Shown: in pieces, positions 35,760-48,799 of the stretch
Layout of the letters: the number at the start of each line of letters is the position of its first letter
Numbering within the stretch: position 1 is the first letter of the stretch
Source of the DNA: Camelus dromedarius
Taxonomy: Eukaryota
Length of the DNA: 64,000 nucleotides
Assembly (NCBI RefSeq): GCF_036321535.1
Contig: NC_087447.1
Coordinates: 38,504,001 to 38,568,000 of the forward strand
Direction: 5' to 3'
Made by a program: the position numbers and the translations under genes
The notes under the pieces: model-generated
What the model was told of the DNA's origin: nothing
The model's database searches: none
Seen by the model: only the letters and a program-made list of their open reading frames with translations

Positions 35760-36065
35760 CTTTTTTTTTTTTTGAATAGCAATTTCTATATTTAAGGTGG
35801 ACAACATGATGTTTTGATATATGTAGTAAAATGATTACTGCAGTCAAGCTAATGGACATATCCACCTCCTCAATAGTTGCCTTTCTTGTTTTGTGGTGAG
35901 AGCACCTGAAATCTACTCTCTTAGCAAATTTCCAGCATACAATACGGTACTATTCATGAAGGTCACCTTGTCACGCATTAGATCTCTGGATTTATTCATC
36001 CTACATAAGTACATCTCTGTGCCCTTGGACCAACATTGCCCCATTTTCCTGACCTCCCTGCCCTG
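35760..36065 (-). mobile_element. L1MA-like 3' end with poly(A) tail (T-run on the plus strand)
   Basis: gtggtgagagcacctgaaatctactctcttagcaaatttcc...cattagatctctggatttattcatcct. Confidence 0.8.
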
Positions 36066-36659
36066 CCAACGCCTCCCTGAAGCCCCCAGATTCTCAAATC
36101 ATCCTTTTCCATGACCTCAATCATGTTGCATGATTATCTGCTCACTTCATTTGTTGACTTTACAGGTCTTCCCCCACTAGAAGGTGTCTAGCAAAGCAGC
36201 CATCTTAGAGTAGATGCTTGATCAAATATCCTGAATGAATGTTCAGTAAATGGAAGTGTTTATTCCTAAATGTGACATAATCTGGAAAGAAGATCTGTAA
36301 ATTACTACTGCCACCTGAAGACACATTCATAGAACTTCGTGATTTTCATGCCATGGAGATGTCACAGGTTTACACAGCAATCTGCAGCAGAGGTAACTGA
36401 ATGCCTCCTGATGTTCTTTGTTCTCAGAGTGAGATCTGAGGAACCCTCAGGGTCTGTGAAGGCATTGTTAGGGTCTCTTAAGTTTTCTATGAGAATGTAA
36501 ACATTTTGTATTTTTATGATAACTTAAAAAAAATCAGTTTAAGTATACTATAGATGACCCTGAAGATCTTATAACCAAGTAGCACCAGGCAGTTTCAGTG
36601 GCCGGGATGCTTGGTGTTTACATCCTATTGCTTCTCTCTACAGCGTTACTGGGGGCTGG

Positions 36660-36940
36660 TGTGGTGGAACGTCTTGTTCTGCCCAGATCCCTCTTCAGCT
36701 GCTGGGAAAGATAAAGGACGGCCCTTAGTTGTCAGTTCTTTTCAGGGTATTGCGTTGAGTGGATGAAACTACCCCACATGATGTTGGCAGAGACCTTCTT
36801 TGGTCTGTTACCCAGCTCAATTTCACCCCTGCCTGGTTCTGCTCCCCACCTCCCCCCCTACACGGGTGGTTCCCAAGAACATCCCTGATAATGTCTGCTA
36901 ATCTTGACTCAACCTGCTGCCCAGAGAATCCAGCTGCTAG
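36660..36940. mobile_element. LTR16-like (ERVL) LTR fragment
   Basis: gcccagatccctcttc...cccaagaacatccctgataa...ctgctgcccagagaatccagc. Confidence 0.5.
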
Positions 36941-37892
36941 AGTCAGTGGATAAAGAGAGAGGCAGAGTTAGCAAATCAGTGACATTCTCACCAGGTAAAG
37001 CCCAAATGATAATATGAGATGCCAGTGGATGGGGGAGCAGTGGGAGAAGTGAGGCCAAAGGACTGCGGTGTGCAGGCTCACCAACCCCTGAAGGACCACA
37101 GCAGGGCAGTCAGCATCAAACCTAGACTGTCAATAGCCATTTAATTTCAGCAAAACGGCACCACCCACCACATTAAAGCAAAGCTCCTAATTAGCATTTT
37201 AAACGGTTCGTAGTTTTGCTTGTGTTATTATTATCATTATTTTGCTTTTATAGTCATGCGAGAGCTAGAAGCGTAAGGAGTTAATATTTAGTTATCTTTG
37301 CACATATTTAAATAATAATATGATGAAAATAATTATAGTTCAACCCAGAGGGTATGTGCTCTTTAAAAGAGGTCCATATATTGCTCAGGTTTGGAAATTT
37401 TCCAATTTTGCAACAACATGGTATGAAGAGCCTGGGTTTTGGAGGCTCTGTGGCTTGACTGTGCAACCTTGGGCATGTTCCTTAATTCTTTCAGCCTTGA
37501 TTTTCTCATCTCCAAAATGGGCTAAAGACATCTACCTTACAGGCTTGTTGTAAGATATAAATGAGCTCTCACTGAATGTTGAATGCTTGCACAGTTCCTG
37601 ACACGTAGGAAGTGCTTGATAAATGGCAGCGGGCAGGAGAGACCTGAAGAATGCCCCTCTTTGCAAGCCATTTCCAACCTGGAAATGCTTTGCTGTCTGC
37701 CTCCAACCCTAAAAGACAGGATTCTAAAAGGAGGATCCAGTTTTAGGAAAGTGACTTCCAACAAGGAGTCAGAGTTAAATTTGCTTAGAAACTAGCAAGC
37801 AAGCAAATACTAAAGCCCCAAGGCCCTCAAGTGAAAGGTTAAAAATAAAATAATTAAGAGCTATGGCCTAAATCTAAATTCAGAGCATTTTA

Positions 37893-38644
37893 TGGAGAGG
37901 GTGTGGAGAAAAGGGAATCCTCCTACACTGTCGGTGGGAATGTAGTTTGGTGCATCCATTGTGGAAAACAGTATGGAGATTCCTCAAAAAGCTAAAAACA
38001 GACTTATCATGATCCAGCAATTCCAGTCCTGGGCATTTGTCTGGAGGAAGCTCTATTTTGAAAAGATACATGCACCCCAGTGTTCATAGCAGCACTATTT
38101 ACAATAGCCAAGACATAGAAGCAACCTAAGTGTTCATCAACAGATGAATGGATAAAGAAGATGTGGTGTATACATATATACAATGGAATACTACTCAGTC
38201 ATAAAAAAGAATAAAATAATGCCATTTGCAGCAACATGGATGGACCTGGAGATTGTCATTCTAAGTGAAGGAAGCCAGAAAGAGAAAGAAAAATACCATA
38301 TGAGATCACTCATATGTGGAGTCTTAAAAAAAGACACAAATGAACTTATTTACAAAACAGAAACAGACTCACAGACATAGAAAACAAACTTATGGCTACT
38401 GGGGGGTCAAGGGGCTGGGAAGGGATACATTGGGAGTTCAAGATTTGCAGATACTAACTAACATAAATAAAATAGATAAAACAAGTTTATATTGTATAGC
38501 ACAGGGAACTATATTCAATATTGTGTAGTAACCTATAATGATACAGGATATGAAAAGGAATATGTAAGTATATGTATGACTGAAACATTATGCTGTATAT
38601 CAGAAACTGACACATTGTAAACTGACTATATTTCAATTAAGAAA
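37893..38644 (+). mobile_element. 5'-truncated, relatively young L1 (ORF2 C-terminus + 3' UTR) with perfect 17-bp TSD
   Basis: L1-derived peptide MEYYSVIKKNKIMPFAATWMDLE; TSD aaattcagagcatttta at 37876-37892 and 38645-38661. Confidence 0.93.
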
Positions 38645-38698
38645 AAATTCAGAGCATTTTACTTTCAAAGACTATTCCATTGATGAAATAAATATTTC

Positions 38699-39149
38699 TG
38701 TGGTAGGCTGTACAATGACCCCCATATCCACACCCTAATTCCGAAAATCTGTGCATGTTGCTTTTATGTCCAAAAGGACCTCACAGATGTGATTAAGTTA
38801 AGGATCATGAGATGGGGAGATTATCCTGGATTTTACAGGCATATATCTGGAGGGAGCTCTAATTCAAGTCCCTATGAGAGGGAAGCCTTATGAGAGGCAC
38901 TGTGAGGATGTAAGAAGAGATTGGGGTGATGTGGCCACAAGCCAAAGAATGCTGGCAGGCACTGAAATCCTGGAAGGGACAAAAAGCCTGGAGCCCCCTG
39001 AAGGAGCTAGCCTGGCCAACACCTTGGTTTCACCCCTGTAAGATTCATTTTGGACTTCTGACCTCCAGAACTGCAAGAGAATAAATCTGTGCTGCCTTAA
39101 GCCACTGAATTTGTGGTCATTTGTTATAACAGCAATAGGAACGAATACA
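38699..39149 (+). mobile_element. MLT1D-like MaLR solo LTR
   Basis: TGTGGTAGGC...gatgtgattaagttaaggat...gacttctgacctccagaactgcaagagaataaat...gcaataggaacgaataCA; 5-bp TSD atttc/attcc. Confidence 0.85.
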
Positions 39150-41641
39150 ATTCCTATGGGCCCTACTTGCCCTTTCAGTTAGTGAGTCTAGAGAAAACGA
39201 AATAATGCAGACCATCATTAGGAGGAAGGTGTGGAAGTGGCACAGCTGTCAGGGTCTGAAGAGCTGATCTGAATCATGTCTCTCTACTTTCTACCCTTTG
39301 TGACCTCAGGCCTGTCTGTCAGCCTTTCAGAGCCTCACTCCCCTCCTCTCTATAAAATGGGACTAATGTTAACGATGGGGTGGTTGTGAAGATTAAATGT
39401 TTATGAGCCATAATACTATGTGAACTATTTTTGTGATTATCATTACTGTTAATTCAAATTGAAGACTGGAATCAAGATGCCACCTCATAGGAAGATGACC
39501 TAATGAAGGTTAAAATGTACCTAAGGAGACCCCATGCACGGTGGATTCAGCGATTCAAGGTTTCGGAGCATCAGGCTGAAAAAATCTTAGTTCTTAGACG
39601 CCTGTCTGTAGTTCCCGCTGAACCTCACTGAACTTAACCCAGGGCCCGACTGCAATTCCTTACTTTTACAACTCAGGCTGAGTGCGGAGATACTGTCACT
39701 TGGACTTCTCTTTGATGTGATGTTTTATTTTCTTTTGAAAGAAAATAATCAATAGTCCAAACATCTCTACCTGTTGGACAATTTTTCTGCCCTTTTCATT
39801 TCCTGAAGGATAAATCATGAAAATAATCCATGCTGGAAGCTATAACAATAAAAACAACTATTATTTCTCAAACTCATGTCTCCAGTCTACCTTCATTGGC
39901 ACAGCACAATCTCCCAAAGCTAAAGAAAGAAAATAAATCGCTTGTAAGTTTGAAGTTGAATCCTATCAATAATTTTCTTTTCCCATTTGTAATTCAGGTG
40001 AGTGCTGCCTCACTCAGGTTGTAAGGACAGAACTGCTGTTGGATTGAACTACGGGTAGTTTTGGTTCAAAAAAATTTTATAATGGGGTTTTCCTTATTAC
40101 AAAAGTGTGTTCACTGCCGATCATTTAGAAAATAGAGCTGGGAAAGAGAACAATGTAAAGACAACCTGTAAACCCACCACCCACAGATGACCACTGCTGC
40201 TTTTCCATCTCAAGCCAAAAAAACCCCCACCTCAGTGCACCTGAGTGTGACATTTATGGAATCACCAAAGCAGCTTAATTCCAATGATAATAGGAGACTG
40301 GATTCTGTCTTCCTCCATGTAGCTGGGCCCTGCTGTGAGGGAGTAGCCCTGGCCTAAACTCACAGCCCAATCAGCCGCACCTCGGAGAAGCCACTCTTGC
40401 ACTGCACACCTTCTTATTAGTGCAAGAGTCTCCTAGCTCTCCTCCTGCCTCCCATTTTGCTCTCCCACCCTGCTCCAATCCACCATAAGGCCCATTCCAA
40501 AACATTCATTTGACCAGGTCAATCCACTTACTGAAATTCTTCCTCTGACTTCAGGGATAAAGTCTAAATTTTTTAGCCTGGAACACAGGCTTCATGTTTC
40601 GGCACTGCCTACTTCCCCAGCCTCACATCTCCCTATCTTACCTGTACCCTTGACCCCATCCACCACCATCTTCATCTTCATCCTCATCACCAAACCAACC
40701 ACCAGATACTGGGTGTGGTCTACATGCTAGGTACCACATTAGGTACCTGACATACATTGTCTCATCTACATATCAACTGTCCTATGAGATGGGGGTGATG
40801 GATGAGAAAACTGAGGCTCAGAGAAACCCAACAATTCTCTTCTGTGCATAAAGCCAAGAGTCAGAGGAGCCAGAATCTGATTCCAGGGTCCTCTGCTGTC
40901 AAAGCATAATGATCAGCCATACCTGTCTTCCTACTGAATATTCTTGCAATTTCTTGAACCAGACATTCTTTATTTCAAGATTCTATGCCTTGGCATAAAC
41001 CACCACCTCCCTGAGGTGTCTTTAGCCCCTTCTCACCTAGAAAATGCCTTCTTGTCCTTTCAAATGCAGCTCAAGCCTTGGGGTTGGTGTAGCTGCCCCT
41101 TCTCTGTGCTTCCAAGGAATCCTATGTTGACCTCAGTCATGGGATCCGTGTCACTGACCTGCAGCTACCTTCTTCCATATCAAGTATCCCCCCCTCCCCT
41201 TTCCCCACTGGGAGTGGCTCAAGGTGGGGGGGCAGCTGTGTCTCATCCGTCAGTATAGCCCTCATCCCCCCTCTCTAGCACAGGATTTGGCAGAAGGAAG
41301 ATAATAAATAAATGTTTGCTTAATAAAAGAATGAATGAGCAGCAGCTCCTAGAGCCTTCAAAGAGGCTTCAGCTGATCAAAACTTGAATTGCTTACAATG
41401 TTCCTGCCAGAAAGGGCTCAGAGAAGTAAGGAAAATGAAACCCAGAAAGAATTCCTCTGTGCCAGCTCCCTTACCAGGCTGGAGCCAGACGAAAGAGCCC
41501 ATCATTTGTAAGTAACTGCTGACGCTCAGGGGAGCAGGAGGGAGCTGAGATTCCCCAGTCTTTTAAAAAAAATTATTATTCTGTTTAATTCTTGTCACTT
41601 GAGCTTTTTGTGATCCAGGTAAGGTCTCATGGCAGGTGAAG

Positions 41642-42144
41642 TGTAACAGAATATGCCGCCCTGAAATACGCCTCTTTGGCATAAAGCTTATTCTGAGCTG
41701 ATTATTTTGAGAAACTGCAGACACAGGAGAAGCTCTGAAAACAGAGGAGAGATTACCCTTTTGTAAGAGAAATTTACATCAGAAAGGGAGGAGTGCTATT
41801 ACTGGAGATGCTTTTTCATCCGCAAGACTGATCTGCATGGCAGGGCAGATTTGTTTACCATACATTTCCTCTTCTTCTCTCCCTCTGAACTGCCTTCCTC
41901 CCCTTTGAAGCCCCAGACCCCTATCCCTTTCCTTAGCTCAGGACAATATATAACCCTCAATTACCTGGCTGCCTTTTGAGTCTCACCTCTCTGTGGGGCT
42001 CTCCTTATGTATATACATGTAAACGTATACTCATAATTAAAATTGGTTTTTCCTCCTGTTAATCAGACTTTTACTATGGTAGGGGTGGGGATCTCAGCCA
42101 GCAACCTAGAAAGGTAGAGAGAAAATTATTTCTTCTCCCCCACA
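41642..42144 (+). mobile_element. MER34-like ERV1 solo LTR
   Basis: TGTAACAGAATATGCCGCCCTGAAATACGCCTCTTTGGCATAAAG...tatataa...ccccaCA; 4-bp TSD gaag/gagg. Confidence 0.75.
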
Positions 42145-42692
42145 GAGGGAATCTGGCTTTGGAAGTTTCTGAGAAGCAAAGAACAGAAGAAAGAAGGGAG
42201 AACACTATGTCCAGCACCTACATGGATTGGGAGTGGAGACTGGAGGTGAGGGTGGAGACAGGACTGGGGGATGCTTGCTCAGCTGTCACATTCACAAAAG
42301 CCTCAGATTAGAACCTGGTGTGCTCTCCAGAGGCACAGAGATATACCAACAGAACCGAATAAAGAAACTCATCTCACAACTTTTAACATGTCCCGCTACT
42401 GATCGACCCCATTTATGGTGAAGTATAAATGAGAATTTTTATAACTTTTGTAAATTTTATAACTTTTGTAACTTTTGTCTTCAGAAACAACAACTTTATT
42501 GCATGAAAGTTTTGTATTAAAGCATTACCCCAATTTTGGCAGTCCTGTTATAGCATTTTCCCCACTTTTTAACATGCCAAGAGCTTTTTTTTTTGTTTCC
42601 TCCTCCTGGGCAGCTCCGGCTGGGTTGGAGGATCTGAGTGTGACCTCTGCACCTTGGGTAGTAGTTTGTTTGATCCTGAGGGATAAGTAAAG

Positions 42693-42907
42693 GCGGTGGT
42701 ACAGTGGTGAAGTGGATTTATCTTGACTCGTGAGAGCTGATTATACACACCTCTTCCTAACTCTGTGTTCAGCGACATCACATGTGTAGCTTCATACTGG
42801 GCGCAGTGGGCGTATTTACACCATGGAAACTGGCGAACACCACCAATCAGGGCTTTTTCTTTTTCCCCCTCAAGAGCCATTGCTAATCACTTACTAGCGC
42901 ATCACTG
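42693..42907. mobile_element. MER63-like hAT-Blackjack element
   Basis: tttacaccatggaaactggcgaac...aatcagggcttttt...cacttactagcgcatcactg. Confidence 0.65.
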
Positions 42908-43721
42908 GTGGTGGGAGAGGAGAGGGCAGCCCTAAGCTGGAGGCCAATGGTATTTTTCTCACCTAAGGATGGTAAACACAAGGGAGGGAAGACTCAAGAC
43001 ACTCACTGGGTGTCCGGATGTAGAGAGCATCCAGATTCATGGGCAGGGGCTATGTGTCAGTGCTCCCCAAACTGGCTGGGCTTCAGAATTCACCAAAGAC
43101 TTTTCAAGCCTACTTATGTTCAAGTCCCACCTCTGAGCTACGGAATTCAAATCTCTGGGTGAAGCACAGGGGTTTTAACAATGTTCTCAAAATGATTCTG
43201 GTCAATGGAATGGCATATGGGAATCTTTGCTGTGTGTCTCAAGATATTAAGACACCTAAGAAAAAAGATAAGGTGCAACTTCATAGGACATAGATTTCCT
43301 AAACAGGTCTCCAGTCTCTTCACTTAATGCCTCTGTCACCTGTCACAGCTTGATGGGATCTGGGTTATGATGGTGGTAGAGAGAGTGGTGCAGGGCCTGA
43401 ACAAGGAAGAGACTGGGGAATTAACATTAATAGGAAAAGGTGTGCCTTGAAAAGATTTTTTTGTGCTGACATAAAGCTTTACCAGACAAACTCCTTTGAT
43501 TTGCGTTTAGGCCATTCTATCACCTGTGAGTGAGTTCCTGACAGACTTCACAGGCCATAAAATCTCTCATTGGCCCGTATGACTCCAGCACCCATGCAGC
43601 TGGAAGTGACCCTAATCTCAGCAAAACCTGCCGACTCGGGCTGGAGAGGACAGCCATGCCCGGGGCAAAACCGTCTCAGTAAGGGCAGGGAGTGACCAGA
43701 AGGCTGGTAGGTGGTGGAGAC

Positions 43722-43746
43722 GGGGGGGGGGGGGGGGGGGGGGGGG
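43722..43746 (+). repeat. G25 homopolymer
   Basis: 25 consecutive G. Confidence 0.95.
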
Positions 43747-44099
43747 AGGCAGAGGCTGGCATGGCTGGGTGTGAGGAGGCGATGGGAATGGGGTAGGGCC
43801 TGGCCCCGCCTCCTGCCTTCAGTTATGTGGGACGTGCCCTTCGCTCGAGAGGGTGGGGGGGGTTCTTAAGGAGGAGACGGAGGGAGAGCTGTGTGATGGG
43901 GTTGGGGTGTGGAGGGGCTTTGAAGGACACGTGAGGACCATTTCTCACCGCCCTAGGATGTCAGTGAGTCCACCCAGAGTGGGGCTCTGGCTTTCCCCAC
44001 CACGGTTGTCCTGCTGTGTATTACTGTATATCAGCAGCATTACTGATCACGCTGTATTATAATTTTAAAACCTGTGTTTAAGTTCTGTGTCTAAATTCC

Positions 44100-44340
44100 A
44101 GGTGTAGTGAAAACAGCCTAGGCCTTGGAAGATGACAGGCCTAGATGTGAATTCTGACTCTTTCCTTTTCTAGCTGTGAGGTCTTTGGCAAGTCATTTCA
44201 CCTGTCCGACCCGCAGTTTCTTCGTATGTACAATGGGCATAGTAACTCTCTCTACTTTTTGGGTTGCAGTGAAGAATAAATCAGATATTGTCTGGAAGTT
44301 CCCTCTATATTGTCTGAGATGTGGTAGGTTCTTAATCCTT
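44100..44340 (+). mobile_element. MIR SINE
   Basis: gtgtagtgaaaacagc...gtgaattctgactct...ggcaagtcatttcacct...cagtttcttcgtatgtacaatggg. Confidence 0.7.
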
Positions 44341-47259
44341 GACCCCCGTCCTTGACTGAATCATCTCTGTTTCTTCATGGTCTGACACCAGTTTCATGAA
44401 GGTGCACAAAATATGTTGGCTGAAGGAATGAACAGAGTAAATGAATAAGTGAATTAATTAGTGAATGCTAATTTTCAAAAAGATATGTTATGAAGGAAAC
44501 CCAAGGCACTCTGCCATGGCTGAATGGATTTCTCCTGTAATTCTCGTAAGCATATAGCCCAAGCTGGGTCCTCTGTCCTATTTCAAGGTCAGATCCATTC
44601 CATTGTCTTGACCTTGGCATAATGAGCCATGGAAAGCTTGTAGCTTTTTTCCCCCCTATTTTAATCCTTCTCTCCATTTAATGGGCTATGTTTTGTCTGG
44701 AAACAGTGGGGTGAAGATAATGGATAATAACATTAACATTATCCCCACTGGCATGATCCAGATATTATTCAATTAAAGTAATAACTCCTAATGCAGGATG
44801 AATTGTTTTTATCTTAAGAACCCAATTCAGCCATCAGCTCACCATCATATTCAGGTGACAGAAATTACCTTTAAGTCATAGATCTGTAATGTAATGTCGA
44901 AATGGATTTCTAATTATATTTTATGATGCTACATTATAGACATTTTTAAGGTCGGGGTGCATAGCTTGTCTTGTTTTCATTTTCTATCATAAGGCAATTC
45001 GAAATCCTTTTCAGAGACATGATGAACAAAAATTAGAAATTTGGAAGCAAAATCACTTCAAAGGAGTGCTTAACACAACGTAACAATGTCACCTCAGTAA
45101 GGATACTAATAAAAAAGACTATCATTGTTACTTAACTTTAATACTGGTACTCTGAGGACAGAGATTGGGAAAGAAAAATAACCTTCCCATCATGGAATTT
45201 AAGAGCTTTGTCATCTAGGATGTTGGCTGGACCATGTCCAGAGTCTAGTCCTCTCCTTTCCTGGCCCAGGACCTTGGTTTTGGAGGTGTGTGCAGAGGGG
45301 AGCAACCAGAGGAACCGGCTCATACTACCCAATCTCAAGATGTAGAAGAGATGCTCAACAGTAAGAAATAGGAAAGTCAAGTGGACTTCATGTAAACCTT
45401 TGCATGCTTGGGTAGCACAACCTCCCCATGTTGGACAGTCTTTTTGAGGAGCCATAATCTTAACAGAATATTGCCTGGGAAGCACAGAGTTGAAGCAAAG
45501 GGTGTAGCTGAATGGTTCTAACGGACAGAGTCATGGAGCTATCTTAGTCAAACACATTTACCTCTAGTCTGAGGACAGATCTGCCTTGCAGATCAAAGCA
45601 TCGTGTCAGCTGGCCATGGTGGACTCTCTCTCTTGAGGCACAGAAGACCTTCACAAACTCCTTCTCTTTGACCACCCTCTTTCTAAAGGCCATGCTGGCC
45701 ACTCCCTTTTATCTACATCTTCTTCCTTCAGCCAGGCTATAATATGATCCAAATGGGTGGCAGTTTTATAACAAACATTTGACTTTAGAGGATACAGCCT
45801 AGTTGTGATGATTGGAATTTGGCCATCATCCACTCATAACCAGATCTCAGGGTCACTTCCTTCTGCTTTTAGAGGGGGCCTGCCTGCTCTCCACATGATG
45901 GCGGCCCCTCACCATGGGCCCACTACCTACCGTCTACACTTTCATTTAGGGAGAGAGATTACAACAAGGATAGCTTTTCCCTCACAGTCTGAATTTACCT
46001 GTTAAAGTTTTCTAGAGAGGGATGAATTCCCTGCTGCTTTTCAATAAAATTGAATGAGACCATAGAAGGTAGGAACATTGCAGTGAGCAAGAAATAGGAA
46101 GGTTCCATAAATTAATGTGTGGAAGAAGAGATCTATATTTATTCGAGTTCTTCTGAGTGAGCTAGAAGCATGGCACCCCGCATAGGTGGCAGTGGGTCGG
46201 GGACAGACAGGAGCAGGATGGCTTTCTGCACCCACCCAGCATGAAAAGATCTAGGAGGTAGGAATACTTCAGGGAAGCCCTCGAGGAGGGGCAAATTCTT
46301 CCTCCACTGAGATGGGGCCCAGTTCCCACCCATCCCACCAAGTGCCTTGTTCATTTTCCACAGCGCAAAGCAGAATTTTGTCCTCCACTATTGAGAATTC
46401 ATAAAACAGAAAAGTTATTCTATCCAAATTGTCAACAGAGCCTACTTCAACCTCACCTGCAACTAGAAAAACAAATTATAATAGAGAAAAGAAATAGATA
46501 TTTGCAGCTTGCTTTTCTAGGCTGTTCCTAATGTGGTTCCAATCTGCCCTGAGACCATCACACAGCCTTCCTTGTGGCACTGAACCAAGCCAACGGATGG
46601 AGGAGGCATGGCTCAGGGAACATTTCTCAGATCCCTAGGCAATCCCGTTGCCTACTTGTCACCAAATATATGGGCTGTAAGGGCACACCTACCACCTGAA
46701 TGGTCCCAGAACAAATGCCCCTGTGATCTGGGGCTGACACTTGGCTCATTCACCACCCATTTATTAGGCGTCTACTGTGTGTACCAGGTGCTGGGAACAC
46801 AGAGATAATTAAGACATGGCTCCTGCCCTCGAGGAGCTCGTATTTTATCAGGAGGACAGACGGAACTCATAATGACAAGTCAGGGAGCGGTGGGCCTCAG
46901 TGCTGGGGCTGCAGTGAGGAGGAAGTATTCGTTCTTGCTGGAGCAGCTGAGTTCTCACCAGGTACTTCACAAACCCCTTGACACATACAGGATGCAGACC
47001 CCCTGGGGGAGGGAGAGAGGACCTGGGAGGGAGGAGGATGTAAAATATCTGGCTTTTCAAGTCTCCCACCTTCCATCTCCTTGTAAGGGATGGTTCTGAG
47101 AGCCACGAATGTCCCAGATGTGACTCAGTCAGTAAGACTCTGGGGCGATCATCAAACAAAACAAAAGTGGGTGTGACTGCGTCTGTTTCAGCACCAAGTA
47201 TTAGCTGTAATGCAACGTGGCAGTGAAAATCATATTTCCCATTTGTTGAACACTGAGGC

Positions 47260-47404
47260 CAGTGGTTTGCACACTGTAGTGTGTATCGGAATCACGAGAA
47301 GGGCTTGTTAAAACAGACTGTTGGCCCCTTACCCCCTGGATTTCTGACTCGGTGGGTCTGGGGAGAGCCTGCATTTCTAACAAGTTCCCAAAGGCCAACC
47401 ACTG
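47260..47404. mobile_element. MER5A-like element
   Basis: cagtggttt...gaatcacgagaagggcttgttaaaacagactgttggcccc...tgcatttctaacaagttccca...accactg. Confidence 0.75.
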
Positions 47405-48799
47405 ACCTAGAGAGAACCTGTCACACAGCAGGGGCTCAATGAATGATAGTTATTAATAGTGTCAGGCATTGCACTTAGTAAACTAGCTAACCTAACCCTC
47501 ATCGCACCGCTGTGTTGCAGGAACTATTACTATATTCTCATGTTCTACATGAGAACGTGGAGACCTGGAGCTCTCACTGTCTTGCCCAGGCTCACAGAGC
47601 TAATGAAGTGGCAGACACGAGAAGTAAACCCTAGTATTTTTGAGTGAAGAATCCATGCTTTTTTTTCTGTCACTCTATTCTGCCTCTTTACTAGTGTTTT
47701 TCCTTCCTTCTTTTTTTAATACAGAAGCTAAAGAGATTCAACTCCAAATAAGTGAATTCTAGAGTCATAATACCCTTATTCCATCTCAAATCCCCAAGTA
47801 TATTATTAAAATTATCCCTCAAGAGCCCGTGGAAAGGCCATTTATTTCTTGAAAATAGTTGTGAAAACATCTAAGGGCATGAGCCGGCTATGCCCTGAGC
47901 CCAAGGAGCCTCCCAGGCCAGAAGCCATCAATCTCTTTTTACAGTCAGTGGAGCACATTTTGTTAAATAAAAGTATATTCAGAACCCCAATATATAAGCA
48001 GATAGGAACGAGGCTGCTTTTAGGCTTATGAAGTGAATGCTGGTGCCAGCAGAAATGACTGAGCCTTGAGCACTTGTGGACAGAAACTGAGAGCTCTCCC
48101 CATAGAAGCATCAGGGCCGATACAAACAAGAGAAGCATCCGACCTCTCAGGATCAGGATGCAAAAGAGGATCTGTGAGTTTCTCAGAACCAGGAAGACGG
48201 CGGAAGAAAACCCGGTGAACACCCACGACACGTGCCGCCTGCTCCAAGGAAGGGCTCCCCATGCTCTTGTGGGGTGGGGCTGCTTGGCTGGATGTGGCTG
48301 ATGCTAGGCCTGCCTTGCAGGGATGGTTTTAACATTAGTTATATCGATTTCACAATTTATGGTTGATAAACCGTTTAGTGAGCTATTTAGCTCATTCCTC
48401 ATCAACAAATTCTTTGGTAGTCTCTGTGAAGTTGAGTAAGATACATCAGCTATTTCTAAGGAGCAGGGTTCACCACCAAGCGAGCCCAACTGGTAATTAC
48501 CATTCCTATTCAATGAGAGGTTCAAGTAAGCAACCGCTCCTAATGGGGGTGTATCTGCACATCATTTGCTTCTGCTTGGCTGAGTGGCCAGATACTGATA
48601 GGTGTGTTCAGCGTACCCTGTTTTTCCCTACTCAGCCTTCATTACCCAGTGAAGACCCTCTGCACTTACAGGACAGGTTCATAAACCACCTTCAGATATC
48701 AACTTCATTATTTAGAACTGAATCTCATCCACCACCATCTATTTCTTTTTTGGACCATCAAGAGACACCAAGAACTAACTGTCTCCCAATACTCACTCT

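Noticed and set aside
38183..38528. ORFs MEYYSVIKK... and MNLFTKQKQ... (and 61076-61348)
   Set aside because: Fragments of truncated L1 elements, not host genes
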